Source: Chrysomallon squamiferum
Lineage: Eukaryota; Animalia; Mollusca
Direction of reading: 5' to 3'
Assembly (NCBI GenBank): GCA_012295275.1
Contig: CM022676.1
Coordinates: 11,904,001-11,968,000 of the forward strand
DNA: 64,000 nt
The notes under the pieces are model-generated. The model was not told the origin of the DNA. It saw only the letters and a list, made by a program, of their open reading frames with translations, and ran no database searches. Made by a program: the position numbers and the translations under genes. Shown one piece after another: positions 42,691 through 56,727 of the stretch; position 1 is the first letter of the stretch, and every line of letters begins with the position of its first letter.

Positions 42691-42710
42691 GGATGTGATT
42701 TTCGACTTAC

Positions 42711-42853
42711 CAGTTAAGTTACGAGTGGTAGCAGCATAGTAATTAGAGTTGTCATTTTCAGATTTATCAGTCCTGATATTTGTTTCAGCATCAATCAGTC
42801 GAGTTTGTAGATACAAGAAACACACAATTCTCAACATAGAGGACTTGAAATAC
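42711..42853 (-). pseudogene. Orphan D-type leader exon (Ig exon deleted)
   Basis: tttatag|G TAT TTC AAG TCC TCT ATG TTG AGA...ACT G|gtaagt, 143 nt, open. The cognate acceptor tactctttgttttccag survives at ~41994-42010 but is followed by unrelated sequence (VLIDR*). The first-exon ATG is changed to TTG at ~43368. Confidence 0.7.
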
Positions 42854-42859
42854 CTATAA

Positions 42860-42925
<66 letters not shown>

Positions 42926-43302
42926 CAACAACAACAACAACAAGAACAAAAGGAACAACACAAGAATAATCTTCTAAATTATCCCAGGCTAAGCAAATTT
43001 ACATTGCTGTACATTTTGTTGTAAAAACTGGGCTAAGTAAATAAAGTGTTGTTGTGTAACTGCAGTCAGTAAGATTGTTTTAAACGTGTTTTGTCAATAA
43101 TGTATTCACAAAGAAACTGGTTGTCTGACATCAACTCACACATCTGTTTATTATATATATATATACAGTGCTGACAGAAGAAACAAGCTAACGTTTTACA
43201 CAATCAGTAATGAATGAGAGTAGTAGTAACAGTAGTAGTTTATTATATATATACACACACGTATCTATGAATCTTGTAAGTCAGATATTTACTCTCTTTG
43301 TT

Positions 43303-43347
<45 letters not shown>

Positions 43348-43891
43348 TTTACCTTTCAGTAACAACCAATTTTAATCTGGCGCTGGGGTTTCGTTAACCA
43401 AACAAACAAACAAACAGATAAATAAATAAATAAGTAAAAACAAAGAATAATAAATATTGGTTATCGTAATGATTGTCGGTTTTCATTTAGAAAATCACAC
43501 GAATCATTAAAATCTTCACTACAACAGCGTCGTAATGGTCTACAGCACCTTCTTATACTAACGTCACTGTTCTTTTTGACGATGCTGTTTCTTCTAAACT
43601 CGAGATAACGTATCACGTGATCAACAGAGAAACTAACAATAACAGTGAAATGGAGATTAACAAGCACAAAGAAAATAGTCAGCACAGTTATGATAACAAT
43701 AACAACAACAACAACAATAATAATAACAACAACAACAACAATAATAATAATAATAACAACAATAATAATAATAATAATAATAATGATAATAATAATAATA
43801 CTAATAACAATAATTAAACAGAAAGTAAGCAACCACCAAAAAATTAATCAATAAAAGACAAACATGCTATTCATACATCATATGTTAATAT

Positions 43892-43939
43892 TTATTTAAC
43901 ATTCTGTGATAGACAGAAGTAGACAAAGGACAAGTGCAT
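43892..43939 (-). pseudogene. Decayed B-type leader exon MHLSFVYFCLSQNVK*
   Basis: ag|ATG directly after the same 18-bp satellite that precedes gene B. Similar to MQLSLLFHSCL. Ends in a stop with no donor. Confidence 0.45.
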
Positions 43940-43969
43940 CTCTTTGAGAAATATTATATTACAACAAAC

Positions 43970-45900
43970 AGTCAGCAGATAATAAAGAGTCAGTAGATAA
44001 TAAAGAGTTAGTAGATAATAAAGAGTTAGTAGATAATAAAGAGTCAGTAGATAATAAAGAGTCAGTAGATAATAAAGAGTCAGTAGATAATAAAGAGTTA
44101 GTAGATAATAAAGAGTTAGTAGATAATAAAGAGTCGGTAGATAATAAAGAGTCAGTAGATAATAAAGAGTTAGTAGATAATAAAGAGTCAGTAGATAATA
44201 AAGAGTCAGTAGATAATAAAGAGTTAGTAGATAATAAAGAGTCAGTAGATAATAAACAGTAGACATTAAAGAATCAGTAGATAATAAAGAGTCAGTAGAC
44301 AATAAAGAGTCAGTACACAATAAACAGTCAGTACACAATAAACAGTCAGTAGACAATAAACAGTCAGTACACAATAAACAGTCAGTAGACAATAAAGAGT
44401 TAGTACACAAAGAGTCAGTAGATAATAAAGAGTCAGTAGACAATAAACAGTCAGTACACAATAAACAGTCAGTAGACAATAAAGAGTTAGTACACAAAGA
44501 GTCAGTAGATAATAAAGAGTCAGTAGACAATAAACAGTCAGTACACAATAAACAGTCAGTAGACAATAAAGAGTTAGTACACAAAGAGTCAGTAGATAAT
44601 AAAAAGGTAGACAATAAACAGTCAGTAACAATAAACAGTCACAATAAAGAGTTAGTAACAAAGAAAGATAATAAAAGAAACAGAGACAATAAACAGTCAG
44701 TCACAATAAACAAACAGTAGACAATAAAGAGTTAGTACACAAAGAGTCAGTAGATAATAAAGAGTCAGTAGACAATAAACAGTCAGTACACAATAAACAG
44801 TCAGTAGACAATAAAGAGTTAGTACACAAAGAGTCAGTAGATAATAAAGAAACAGTAGACAATAAAGAGTCAGTAGACAATAAACAGTCAGTAGATAATA
44901 AAGAGTCAGTAGATAATAAAAACAGTCAGTACACAATAAACAGTCAGTAGACAATAAACAGTCAGTAGATAATAAAGAGTCAGTAGATAATAAACAGTCA
45001 GTAGACAATAAAGAATCAGTAGATAATAAAGAGTCAGTAGACAATAAAGAGTCAGTAGACAAAAACAGTCAGTTTTCAGTAGATAATAAACAGTCAGTAA
45101 CAATAAAGAATCAGTAGACAATTTTAAACAATTTTTTAAAATCAGTTAAACAGTTTAAACAGTTTAAAGAAAGTTAGTAACAAAGAGTCAGTTTTTAAAC
45201 AGTTTAAACAGTCAGTAGACAATAAAGAGTTTTTCTTACAAAGAGTCAGTAGATAATAAAGAGGCAGTAGACAATAAACAGTCAGTACACAATAAACAGT
45301 CATAGACAATAAAGGTTAGTACACAAAGAATAGATAATAAAGAGTCAGTAGACAATAAACAGTCATTAAACAGTCAGAACAATAAAAGTTAGTACACAAA
45401 GAGTCAAATAATAAAGAAACAAGACAATAAACAGTCAAACAGTAAAATAAAGAGTGGATACACAAAGAGTCATAATAATAAAGGTCAGTAAAATAAACAG
45501 TTGAATAACGAAAACAGTCAGTAGACAATAAAGATTAGAAGGGTAGATAATAAAGAAACAGTAGACAATAAAGAGTCAGTAAAATAAACAGTCAAGAAAT
45601 AAAGAGTCAGTACTTCAGTCCAATTCAGTAGACAATAAACAGTCAGTAGATAATAAAAAGATCAGTATATAATAAACAGTCAGTACAATAAAGAATCAGT
45701 AGATAATAAAGAGTCAGTTCAAACAATAAACAGTCAGTAGATAATAAACAGTCAGTAGATAATAAACAGTCAGTAGACAATAAAGAATCAGTTGACAATA
45801 AAGTCAGTAGACAATAAACAGTCAGTACACAATAAACAGTCAGTAGACAATAAACAGTCAGTACACAATAAACAGTCAGTAGACAATAAAGAGTCGGGAG
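43970..45900. repeat. 18-bp minisatellite (agtcagtagataataaag), inverted relative of 11975-13330
   Basis: Tandem units. The central part is irregular. Confidence 0.9.
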
Positions 45901-47123
45901 ACAGTTAACTGTCACTAGAAAGAAAAAACAGAGAATAAACATCCAGTAAACGCTTAAATGTCAGTTTTAAATGAATAGTAAAAAGTTTGGTATAAAATGT
46001 GTACAGTGAGACTGAGAAAATTTACCTCTGTAATCAAATATTTCTGTCCGACAACAGAACGGTTAGTAGGACCAACCAATCAAACTGTTTTGTAGCGTAA
46101 TCGTGCAATTTTATACAATTTTTTAAAATGTTATTTAATTTAATTTAATTTTTTATTTGATTATTTTTTCTTCATCTTCTTTTTTTTTTACAGCAGGCCA
46201 GAATAATAATATACAACATTGGAACAATAAAAACCAAATAGACAATAAAGAAACAGTAAATGGATAAGAGATAATGGAGTAAATTACACAGTTGAATAAC
46301 AAAGCAGTTGATAGAAGGGAATGAAGAGAAGCGAAAAAAAAAAAATCCTTCTCCTTTTCCATTACCTGGATCAGCTACAGGGTCAGACGAAAACTATTGT
46401 GTAGTTCAAACATAAACACGTGTGTACACGTGTACTACACGAAAACCAGTCAGTTCTGCGCGCCAAAGCACACGTGTCATTCAAGCTAATATCAAATGTC
46501 TCACTTTCCTATTATCATTTTAATTTTTATAAAAACATGAGTTTTTGTTCATTTTTTATTATATTTATTTAATTTAATTTACTGTTATTTTATTATATTT
46601 TATTTGTTTATTTATTATTGATCAGACATACATTAGATAATGCTAGGATATTAGTGAGCAGAAGGGAAGAAAAAAGTGAGTAAACTGAGCAGATAGTGAA
46701 TGGTCAATACAGTGTGAACAGTCCTTTTACAGACAGTAGTAGGTGGAAAGGGAAAAGTGAGTAGACAGTGGGCAGTGAACAGTGAGTACATAGTAGAAAG
46801 TGAATACTGAGTAGCTAGTAGAAAGTGAATACTGAATAGTTAGTAGAAAGTGAACTATTCTCCAGTTAAAATTATCTTTTGAAGATCTCCAGTTTCTGAC
46901 TAAATCGTGAATGAATAAAAATGAGTGTTTAGTGAGGCTGACACTGGGCGAGTGTCTGAACACAAAACTGACGTCAGTTTGTAATTAGACACGTGTACTC
47001 TCCGTCTTATGTCTGTCACTGGACTGCACACAAAACTCCAGTGTATGTATTCACACAAACACACACACACACAGACACAGAGACACACACACACACACAC
47101 AAACAGAAACACACACACATACA

Positions 47124-47159
<36 letters not shown>

Positions 47160-48502
47160 GACACACACACATACACACGTACATGCTGGATAGATATATC
47201 CAGACAGTCAGTCTATTTTAATATATTTATATACGCATTTGCACAAAGACACATATACAAGCACTGTCACATGTACATATATACATAAATACACACACGC
47301 AGACATACATACACACACATACACACACACACATACGAACACAAACTGATAAAACACATTGACTTTTTTAAAACTTTTAGCATAATGAGATTTTGTTTTT
47401 TTCACTATATTAATTGGTATTATTATATTTTCTGTTATTGTATTTCTTATTTTTTTTGGTTGTTTTAGTCTGTGACTGGCATATTCATTTAATATATTCA
47501 TGTACAAACCCCACTCGTTTTAGATAAAATTATTAATATTACCTTGCTCGTTGCAAGCTGTTAAATCAATTAGAAATGTAGGACTTTTTATTTATAAACT
47601 GTGTTACTTCACCTGATCTCGTTTCACACGTAATTCTTTATCTAAGGCAAAGTCGTCAAAGACTGGCGAGAATTCTTTGGTTCGTTCCTGACTGGATCTT
47701 AAGTTCTGAAATCTCAGCTGTTTATTTGTGACGAAGTTTATTTACAAATTTAGAACGTTTGAAAGTCAGACCCGTTACAGTACTGTTACACTTTACTTAT
47801 ACCTCATCTGTCCAACCTCAACACACTGTTACACTTTACTTATACCTCATCTGTCCAACCTCAATACACTGTTACACTTTACTTATACCTCATCTGTCCA
47901 ACCTCAACACACTGCTACACTTTACTTATACCTCATCTGTCCAACCTCAATACACTGTTACACTTTACTTATACCTCATCTGTCCAACCTCAACACACTG
48001 TTACACTTTACTTATACCTCATCTGTCCAACCTCAACACACTGTTACACTTTATTTATACCTCATCTGTCCAACCTCAACACACTGTTACACTTTACTTA
48101 TACCTCATCTGTCCAACGTCAACACACTGTTACACTTTACTTATACCTCATCTGTCCAAACACAACACAGTGTTACACTTTACTTATACCTCATCTGTCC
48201 AACCATAATACACTGTTACACTTTACTTATACCTCATCTGTCCAACCACAACACACTGTTACACTTCACTCTTACCTCATCTGTCCAACCACAACACAAT
48301 GTTACACTCTACTGTGCTCTCGTTATAAGGCTAATTTGTCTTCATGTGTTTATTAGTGGTGGTGGTGTTGTTGTTTGCTATAGTTATTGTTGTTTATTGT
48401 TGTTGTTGTTATTGTTGTTGCTACGGTATATTCGTTGTTTCAGATTACAAGCTTAGCTGACAAAACATATTTCTCTTTGATAGCAAACTAGTTTATTTCC
48501 TT

Positions 48503-48852
48503 CTAAACTCTTATACGGTTGTGACTCAGCACCTTATCACGGTTTAGATCACAATACCATTTTCTTCCTGTTTCTAAAGTTATGTTTAGGATCGTCATCG
48601 TATATGTTTTGATGTTTGATGATCGCTGGAGCGTACCATGCCCACAAGCCGCCCTATAGTTCGGATCCAGCAGATAGAATACGTAGCAAGTTGTCAGGCT
48701 TTGAAAAAGCCTCACCCAGGGTCCTATTTCTGCAGTGTCTGTTCTGTAAAATCCTACAATGTCCACTAGGTTTACGGCTCCTGTCACCGTGCACGTCAGT
48801 ATCACTGAATCCCTCCTACGTCCCGGTGCTTTGCTGATGCTTACAGTTTTGC
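48503..48852 (-). CDS. Gene A2 exon 2: single Ig-like domain
   Basis: ctacag|GC AAA ACT...TAG, 350 nt. 27 of 116 residues differ from A1 by my manual alignment. Confidence 0.85.
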
Positions 48853-49471
48853 CTGTAGTAGTAGTAGTAATAATAAAAATAAGAAGAAGAAGAACAACAG
48901 AAGAAGAAGAAAATGAAGGAGGAGAAAATGAAGAAGAAGAAGAACAAGAACAATAATAGCAATAATAACAACAGCAGCAACAATAACAATAATAGTAATA
49001 ATTATAACTAATAATAATAATAATAAAAATAACAATAACAGTAACAATAATATTAATAACAACAACAATAACATTATAGTTGTAATAATAATATAATAAT
49101 GATAACAATAATAACAACAACAACAATAATATGTGCATATCTATCTATATCTACATCTATCTATATATATATCTGTCTATTTACCCATCTACCTATCTAT
49201 TTATGTATGTATTTATCTATCTATCGATCAGTCTGTCTAATCATACATCTATCTATCTAATTGTCTATTTTCAAAATAGAGTTAATAGATATAAAATGTT
49301 TGTGTGAAAACAGCAATATTAAGACGAGTATACTATTACCATTACCATTAAGACGGGCATGTTATAACTATTAGTATTAAGCGGAGGGGAGTGACGTTGT
49401 TGCTGTTGTTGTTTGTTTGCTTTTAATACAACGTCTGCACTGAAGAAGATTCAAAATACACTTGCACTTAC

Positions 49472-49526
49472 CTGTTCCTACAGTACTTAACAACAACACC
49501 AATATTACCAAGACGAGGCATTTCAT
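49472..49526 (-). CDS. Gene A2 exon 1: signal peptide MKCLVLVILVLLLSTVGT
   Basis: ttctag|ATG...ACA G|gtaagt. Peptide identical to the A1 leader. Confidence 0.82.
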
Positions 49527-50537
49527 CTAGAAACAAATAATCAGGTTAGTAAATAAATACATTAAAAAGAAACTTAATATGAATATTTGGAGCAGCAACA
49601 GTAGCAGTAGTAGAAACAGTAGAATTAGTAGTAGTACAAAACAGTAGTGGTGTAGTGATGGTATTAGTATAAGTAGTGCATGAAATGTAAGACAAAGGTG
49701 TGACGCTGGTAAAAAATACAACTTGTTACCGTGCACGTCTGTTTTCTAGTTTTGTTGTTGATAGAATTGTGTGAACTGTTTCTGTCTTCTACACAGACAT
49801 AACTGAATCACGATGTGACATATTATATGCTCAGCTTATTATATGATATATCATGTGCATATTTTATTACCTTTTTGCACATTATAAACCTCTATTATAA
49901 TAAAAACATCGCTGATGACCTAACTAACAGAACAGGGACAAACAACGCATACTTTTTATTTAATTTGTATCGTAATGTGTAGTTTTTTAACTGTTTGAAA
50001 TTTCAATTTGAATTAAATAGTTCACAGAATAATAAATTAAAATACATTACATAGACTGAAAATGGCTAATCCACAATATAAATGTTTTGAAGTATTTATT
50101 TATTTATTTGTTTGTTTGTTTGTTTGTTTGTTTATTTATTTGTTATTTATTTGTTTGTTTATCGATCATTTCATCTATCTATCTATATCTGTATCTATGT
50201 ACTTGTTTAATCTTGTTAATATTTTTTATGTTGTCTTATTTTGCAGAAGCAAATGTATCTTTTATAAACAAGTCAATCTTTTTAAGTGCTGACATAAAAA
50301 AGGACAACAACATACAAACAAATAAAGAAACAAACAAAGAAACAAAAAAATAAAAATGTCCATATCATTTTATTTTTTTAAATATTTTCTTTGTGCTGAT
50401 TTATTTAATAACTGAACATTTGAGTCTTCAAGTACAAACTGAAAATAATTAATATGTCACTCTATTTGATTATTATTCTTATAATTTATTATTATTATTT
50501 ATTGTTGCTGTTGTTGTTGTTGTTGTTGTGGTTCTCA

Positions 50538-50574
<37 letters not shown>

Positions 50575-50577
50575 AAG

Positions 50578-50755
50578 AACCTATTTTATTTATGAAGACT
50601 GGCGCTGCACCTGCAATTTTTTCCGCGACGCTGATTTGTGACGTAAAAGGGCGGCCAATCTGAGTGACGTCATAGGTTTGTTTAGAGCAGACGCCGCCTA
50701 CTTGGGTCCATGGACGAGTTTTTATCAAGACATGTCGACCTGCTACGTATTTGAC
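50578..50755 (+). pseudogene. Inverted, truncated copy of the 7.7-kb A-like pseudo-exon
   Basis: PILFMKTGAAPAIFSATLICDVK / AANLSDVIGLFRADAAYLGPWTSFYQDMSTCYVFD with a 1-bp frameshift. The 3' half is deleted. Confidence 0.8.
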
Positions 50756-52064
50756 AAAAATATATAAAAATAAAATGAATTTAAAAGTTCTATGTTGTAT
50801 TCACACAAAACTTTTAAAATTAAAATTACGTAATAATAGATTTCTGCCAGTATTACAATTACTACTAACACTACTTATATTACTACTAGTAATACTAATA
50901 CTATTAGTACCACGGCTGTTACTACTGCATCTAGTATTATTATAAGTACTATTACTACTACTACTATTGCTGCTATAACTATTACTAATACTACTAATCC
51001 AGCTACTATTACTTGTACAACTACTTCAAATGGTTCTCTGTTTACTACAGATACTACCTCAGACACTTAGTGTATCAGCTGTTTCTTTCATTAGTAAAAC
51101 TAATATTAGTATTTGTACCAGTACTACTACTGTTACCATACTTGCATTTACAAGTATTACAACTATTACAAGTATTACTAGTACTTCTACTCTACTACCA
51201 ATATTACAACTATTACTACTACTTCTTGTACTACTACAACTGTTACTAATACGTCTACTAGTATTACTACTGTTACAACAACTACTACTACTTCTACTAG
51301 TACTACCACTATGACAAGTACTACTACTAGTACTAACGCTGTTACTACTACCATTAACGTATCCTCTATTAATATCAAAATCAGTAAAACCGAGCTACCT
51401 CTGAAGCGATTATACAGCTAAAAGGGTTTAGTCTGGATGCAATACGACTTGAATAATGTTACAGTTTTATATTCATCCATAAACCTTTGAAAAAAAAAAA
51501 AACAAGCTACCTTGCATTTTTAGTTCTTATTTTCTGATACGGTCGCTTGTGACGTCGTACAGATGTGTTACATTCAGCAGCAGTAAAATACAAAAAAACA
51601 TCGTCGACCACGTTTTATGTCGATGTTGCTAAATTTGTATCCAACAGCTTGCTCAACAGTTGGTGACGTACCAGCTACAATTTGCATAATTTGATGTGAA
51701 ACGTACGACATTTTGAAAAATAAAATATTGTTACTATTTTTACATCCATCTGATTTCTAAAGCTGGCTTAATTTCAGCATTTAGATATTATCGAGACTGT
51801 TCCATTATTTGTTTATTCTGTGCTGTTTTAGTAGTAATAAACAACACACGGCTCTGTGGAAATATGAATACATAGATTATATATATATATATATAAAGCT
51901 ATTTGAGCAAAACTGTTGTTTTTTTCCCGTTCTTGAATTGCTCTCTTCATCAGAATGTTGTCTGTGTGTACTCTGCTATTGTTAATCTCCACACAGTCCT
52001 CCAGTTCACTGTCAGTGTTAGTGTGACTTTCTCACAGAAACGACTCCCCAGTGCCAGATCACTA

Positions 52065-52081
52065 ATGGGTGTTACTGGAAG
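52065..52081 (+). CDS. Gene D2 exon 1 (MGVTGR)
   Basis: ATG GGT GTT ACT GGA AG|gtaaat. Phase 2 matches the next exon. Homologous donor at ~43352. Confidence 0.55.
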
Positions 52082-52667
52082 GTAAATCTAAACAATAAAC
52101 ATTCATAATAAACCTCGGAGTAAGTATCTCACTTACAACGTACCTACATATATACCAGATCAACAAAGAAAGATAGAAAAAACAAACAAACAAACAAACC
52201 TTACATATATACCAGATCAACAAAGAAAGATAGAAAAAACAAACAAACCTTACATATATACAAGATCAACAAAGAAAGATAGAAAAAACAAACAAACAAA
52301 CAAACCCTACATATATACAAGATCAACAAAGAAAGATAGAAAAAAAAACAACAAACAAACAAATAAATAAACAGGCAAATAAATAAATTAACTAATTTTA
52401 TTGCTGATTGCTGATAAACAGCTTTGACGAATACATTACTGACAAAACGTGTATTATTTTCACAGACTGTAGCTACACAACACCACTTTGTTTAGTTAGC
52501 CGAGAGTTTACAACAAAATGTAAGTAATGTAAATTTACTTACCTTTGTCAGTTCACATAACTATTAGTGTTATTGTTATCATTATTATCATCATCATCAT
52601 TATCATTATCATTATCATCATCATCATCATGATTATTATTATTATTATTATTATGATATATTTATAG

Positions 52668-52810
52668 GTGTTTCAAGTGCTCTGTGTTGAGAGTTGTGTG
52701 TTTCTTGTATCTACAAACTCGACTGATTGATGCTGATACAAATATCAGGACTGATAAATCTGAAAATGACAATTCTATTGACTATGCTGCTATCACTCGT
52801 AATTTAACTG
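52668..52810 (+). CDS. Gene D2 exon 2: leader/propeptide (CFKCSVLRVVCFLYLQTRLIDADTNIRTDKSENDNS...)
   Basis: tttatag|G TGT...ACT G|gtaagt. 143 nt, open frame. Confidence 0.72.
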
Positions 52811-53413
52811 GTAAGTCGAAAATCACATCCCCACTTGTAAGTTAAAAGTCATATTACTTGTAACGTAAACTTCACATTACTTGTAACGTAAAATTCACTT
52901 TACTTGTAACGTAAACTTCACATTACTTGTAACGTAAACTTTACATTACTTGTAACGTAAACTTCACATTAGTTGTAACGTGAACTTCACATTACTTGTA
53001 AGATAAAAACACATAACTGTAATAGTAATGATAACATTGATGATGAATATGTGCCTGTGATATTTCCTGTAAATTCATTATTGTCAGTTTTTGGCGGTAT
53101 TTCACAAAACTTAGAAATCAGCTGTCAGTGAATCAACTGTCAGTGAATCTAATGTCAGTGATTCAGCTGTCAGTACGTTCTCAGATGTTAATCGTAGATC
53201 GGACAGTAATAACTGAAAAATATTAAAGTAACCATTATTATTGTTATTATTATTATTACTGTTGTTGTTGTTGTTGCTGTTGTTGTTGTTGTCTTTCAAT
53301 TATTTTGATGGCTGTGGCTGTTGTTGAAGTTGTTGCTACTCTTTGTTTTCCAGCGTACACGATGATGATGATTGTGGTAGTTGTTGAAGTTGTTGCTACT
53401 CTTTGTTTTCCAG

Positions 53414-53811
53414 CGTACACGATGATGATGGTTGGCTCGCCGGGTTTCGCGATGCTGCACAAGCCGTTCACGTTGTCGTGTGTGTTTGCCGAGGACCACG
53501 ACGACACGTTCCTCGTTTCTTTCTACAAGGAGATAAGAAACGTGTTCACGAGCAGCTTCGTGTCCGTGGTTCAGTTCAACTTCACGTGCATCCTGTACAG
53601 CAAACCGCCTCCAGGTTACTCCGTGACGTGCCATAGGCTGAAGAAAGACGGCTCCACTCTGATCATGATCTACACACTCGTCATCGAGCAGGTGGAGAAG
53701 GACAAAGGTCCTCTAGGAAGCGACCTGACAAACTGGTGGTGTGAAGAATTCCACAGCGAAATAAAAAGCAACGTTTATACTGTTAAAACGAAACAGAAGT
53801 ACACTGATTAA
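53414..53811 (+). CDS. Gene D2 terminal exon: single Ig-like domain (alternative in-frame acceptor at 53354)
   Basis: ttttccag|CG TAC ACG...TAA. Encodes FTLSC..FYKE..VVQFNFTC..PPPGYSVTC..IYTLVI..NWWC..SNVY. Confidence 0.82.
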
Positions 53812-54359
53812 AACATGCATATACATACATACTTACACATGCACTTACCAACATTTATACAGACACCCCCATAAACACTGAAGACACATAGATAGATACA
53901 CATACACAAATTCGTACATATACATGCAGATAGATATACATAGTATACGTGTGTCTGTGTTTGTGTGTGTGTGTTTTTGTGTGTTTTTATTTGTATATGT
54001 GTGTGTGTGTGTGTTTTTATTTCTATATGTGGATGTGTGGGTGTGTGGTATTTATTCACTTATAGATGAACTTGGCACTTAGTAATAATAAGAAGAAAAC
54101 ATTTCAAGTCATCTGGTGTTTTTTATTTATTATTTATTTATATTTCTTTTTCTGGTTTAAGTTGCTTCTTAGTACATCACATATGTTAATTTCTTGAAAA
54201 TATAAATAAATAAATAAATAATTAAATAAACAAATAAATAAGAATTTAAGCAAAACAGTAATATTAGCTGAAATAATACAGGTATAGTTCAAGTAGTACT
54301 GTGCAGTAATAATAAAAATAATTATCATAACGATGATGATGATGATGATAATAATAATT

Positions 54360-54418
<59 letters not shown>

Positions 54419-54654
54419 TTCTCGTTGTTGTTGCAATATATATATATATGTATATATGTGTGTTTGTGTGCGTGTGTCTGTCTATATAATCATACATACA
54501 TTGACAGAGAGAGAGAGAGAGAGCTAGATAGATAGACAGAGAGAGACAGAGAGAGAGATGAAAAATAAATAGACAGATAGGTAGATACTAGGACCCACAT
54601 ATATATAGATAGACAGACAGAGAGACAGCCGACAGACAGATTAGTTAGATAGAT

Positions 54655-54713
<59 letters not shown>

Positions 54714-55202
54714 GAGACAGATAGATAGATGGATAGAAAATAAGGTTATTGCATATTTTAATACTTGATTTTACCTTTCGTCTCATTCTGTTCTTACTAG
54801 TTCTCCTGTGTCTCTGTATATTGTAAAATTAAATACACAAATACAGTACAAGATGTGTTATACAGATTAATGTTTATGTTCTACACAAATATGCATAATT
54901 TTTTTTTTTTTTTTTTAAATAGAAAATAAAAACAGCTACATTTGAAAGTGAAAATTACGTGAAAACGTATTCAGAACACATCTGACAAATGTCAGTTGAA
55001 CTAGAATACTAAGAAAAAAGGAGTTGTTTTTCTGTGGTTGTTTTGTAGCCAGTTCTCTAATCCAACAATTACACGTAGAAATAAATATGTGCTGACTTTC
55101 ACGACTATTTCTTTTCACTTGCTCTTGAAATTTTTCGTCTGCAAATCACTGAAAGTTTCCAATCTTTGTGTTGTTGTTGTTTTTGTCTTTGTTGTTGTAG
55201 AC

Positions 55203-55240
<38 letters not shown>

Positions 55241-56321
55241 GTTTGCGAATATTTTTTATAATCAATTTATTCACAATTCCAGATTACCTGCTTCACCAAC
55301 TTATGAAAAAACATTTACAAGAATTTTAGAAATTTTCTTCGTGGCCAGTTACCAGATTCACAAATGCTTGTATCACTTTATTTGTTTCATTATTATCTAA
55401 CCTTGCTTCAAATCCATCCTTTGCTACTTGTGTGAGTGCCTCGTACATCAGAAATTGAGCTAAATGCAAAAATTACATTCTACCTTGGGAAAGCAAAACA
55501 CAAAGCTAGAGCCATCTACTGATAGCAGTTTAAATGGGGAGTAATGTTTTATTTCATATTTTTTTGTTTAAATTACAGTTCATTGAAATACTGATGAGAT
55601 TTCCACTTGCTTGCATAGACACAGGTGCTTATTGTGACTTTCTTATTGTTTTATCAATCTTTGTCGATTTTTAACAAATTATAGGTAGCTGATATTCTAC
55701 GTTTATATAAGCCAATAACAACTTTCTTTAAAAAAAAATGATATCTGTGCCAGGAACAGCTCTTAATGAATATTTTTTGTCTTATTTATTCTAACAGAGT
55801 GTTGTGTTCTTTAATGCTATGGAAAATGTTAGTGGTGAATTGTTATTATAGGCTGATTATATATATAAAATTGGTATTCCAGATGAAGTTTCCCCTATCC
55901 CCAAAATTACCTTCGATAGAAAGCTATCACATTCATTTTATTATCTACATATATGGATATATCCAGAAAACCAAATGGTTTCACGAATATTGTCTATGTT
56001 CAAGCAAAAGTTAAAGTAAAACTTAATAAGAGCAATTGACAGCACTAACAACAATCAAGAAAAATAATATCACGTGTGAGTCAAATAGATAATAATTCAA
56101 CTGTTTTCAGTACAAACTCTCACTTCATACCGAGCATTTAAAGTAATCTGAAACATTACGCTATCGGTTATAGTTAGTCAAGTGTGTGTAATATTCTGAT
56201 TAATCAGTTCAAATGTATTTCGTGTTACCTCAGGAAGCGTGGTGGAAGTGTCACGCATACACTCACCTTAGCAACATACTTCATCTTACTCTGGTAAACT
56301 CCAGTGCGTTTGTGTAATACT

Positions 56322-56378
56322 GTATGTATGTATGTGTGTGTATGTATGTATGTGTGTGTATGTATGTGTGTGTATGTA

Positions 56379-56409
<31 letters not shown>

Positions 56410-56685
56410 ATGTTTGTGTGTGTATGTATGTATGTGTGCATTTATGTATGTGTGTGTATGTGTATATGTGTGTATGTGTGCATGTATGTATATATATATG
56501 TATGTATGTGTGGTTATGTATGTATGTATGTGTGTGTGTATGTATGTATGTATGTTTGTGTGTCTATGTATGTATGTGTGCATTTATGTATGTGTGTGTA
56601 TGTGTATATGTGTGTATGTGTGCATGTATGTATGTATATATGTGTGGTTATGTATGTATGTATGTGTGTGTGTATGTATGTATGT

Positions 56686-56727
<42 letters not shown>

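Noticed and set aside
43461-43832. ORF containing SVDHVI like the C2 leader (related segment ~34860-34940)
   Set aside because: Mostly microsatellite-derived with no clear splice sites. The short similarity is insufficient.
44600-45750. Irregular, scrambled satellite units suggesting internal structure
   Set aside because: Looks like poor consensus quality within a repeat. Cannot be interpreted without reads.
46860-47050. Unique segment absent from the A1 duplicate, possibly an Ig fragment
   Set aside because: Lacks the family motifs in any single frame.
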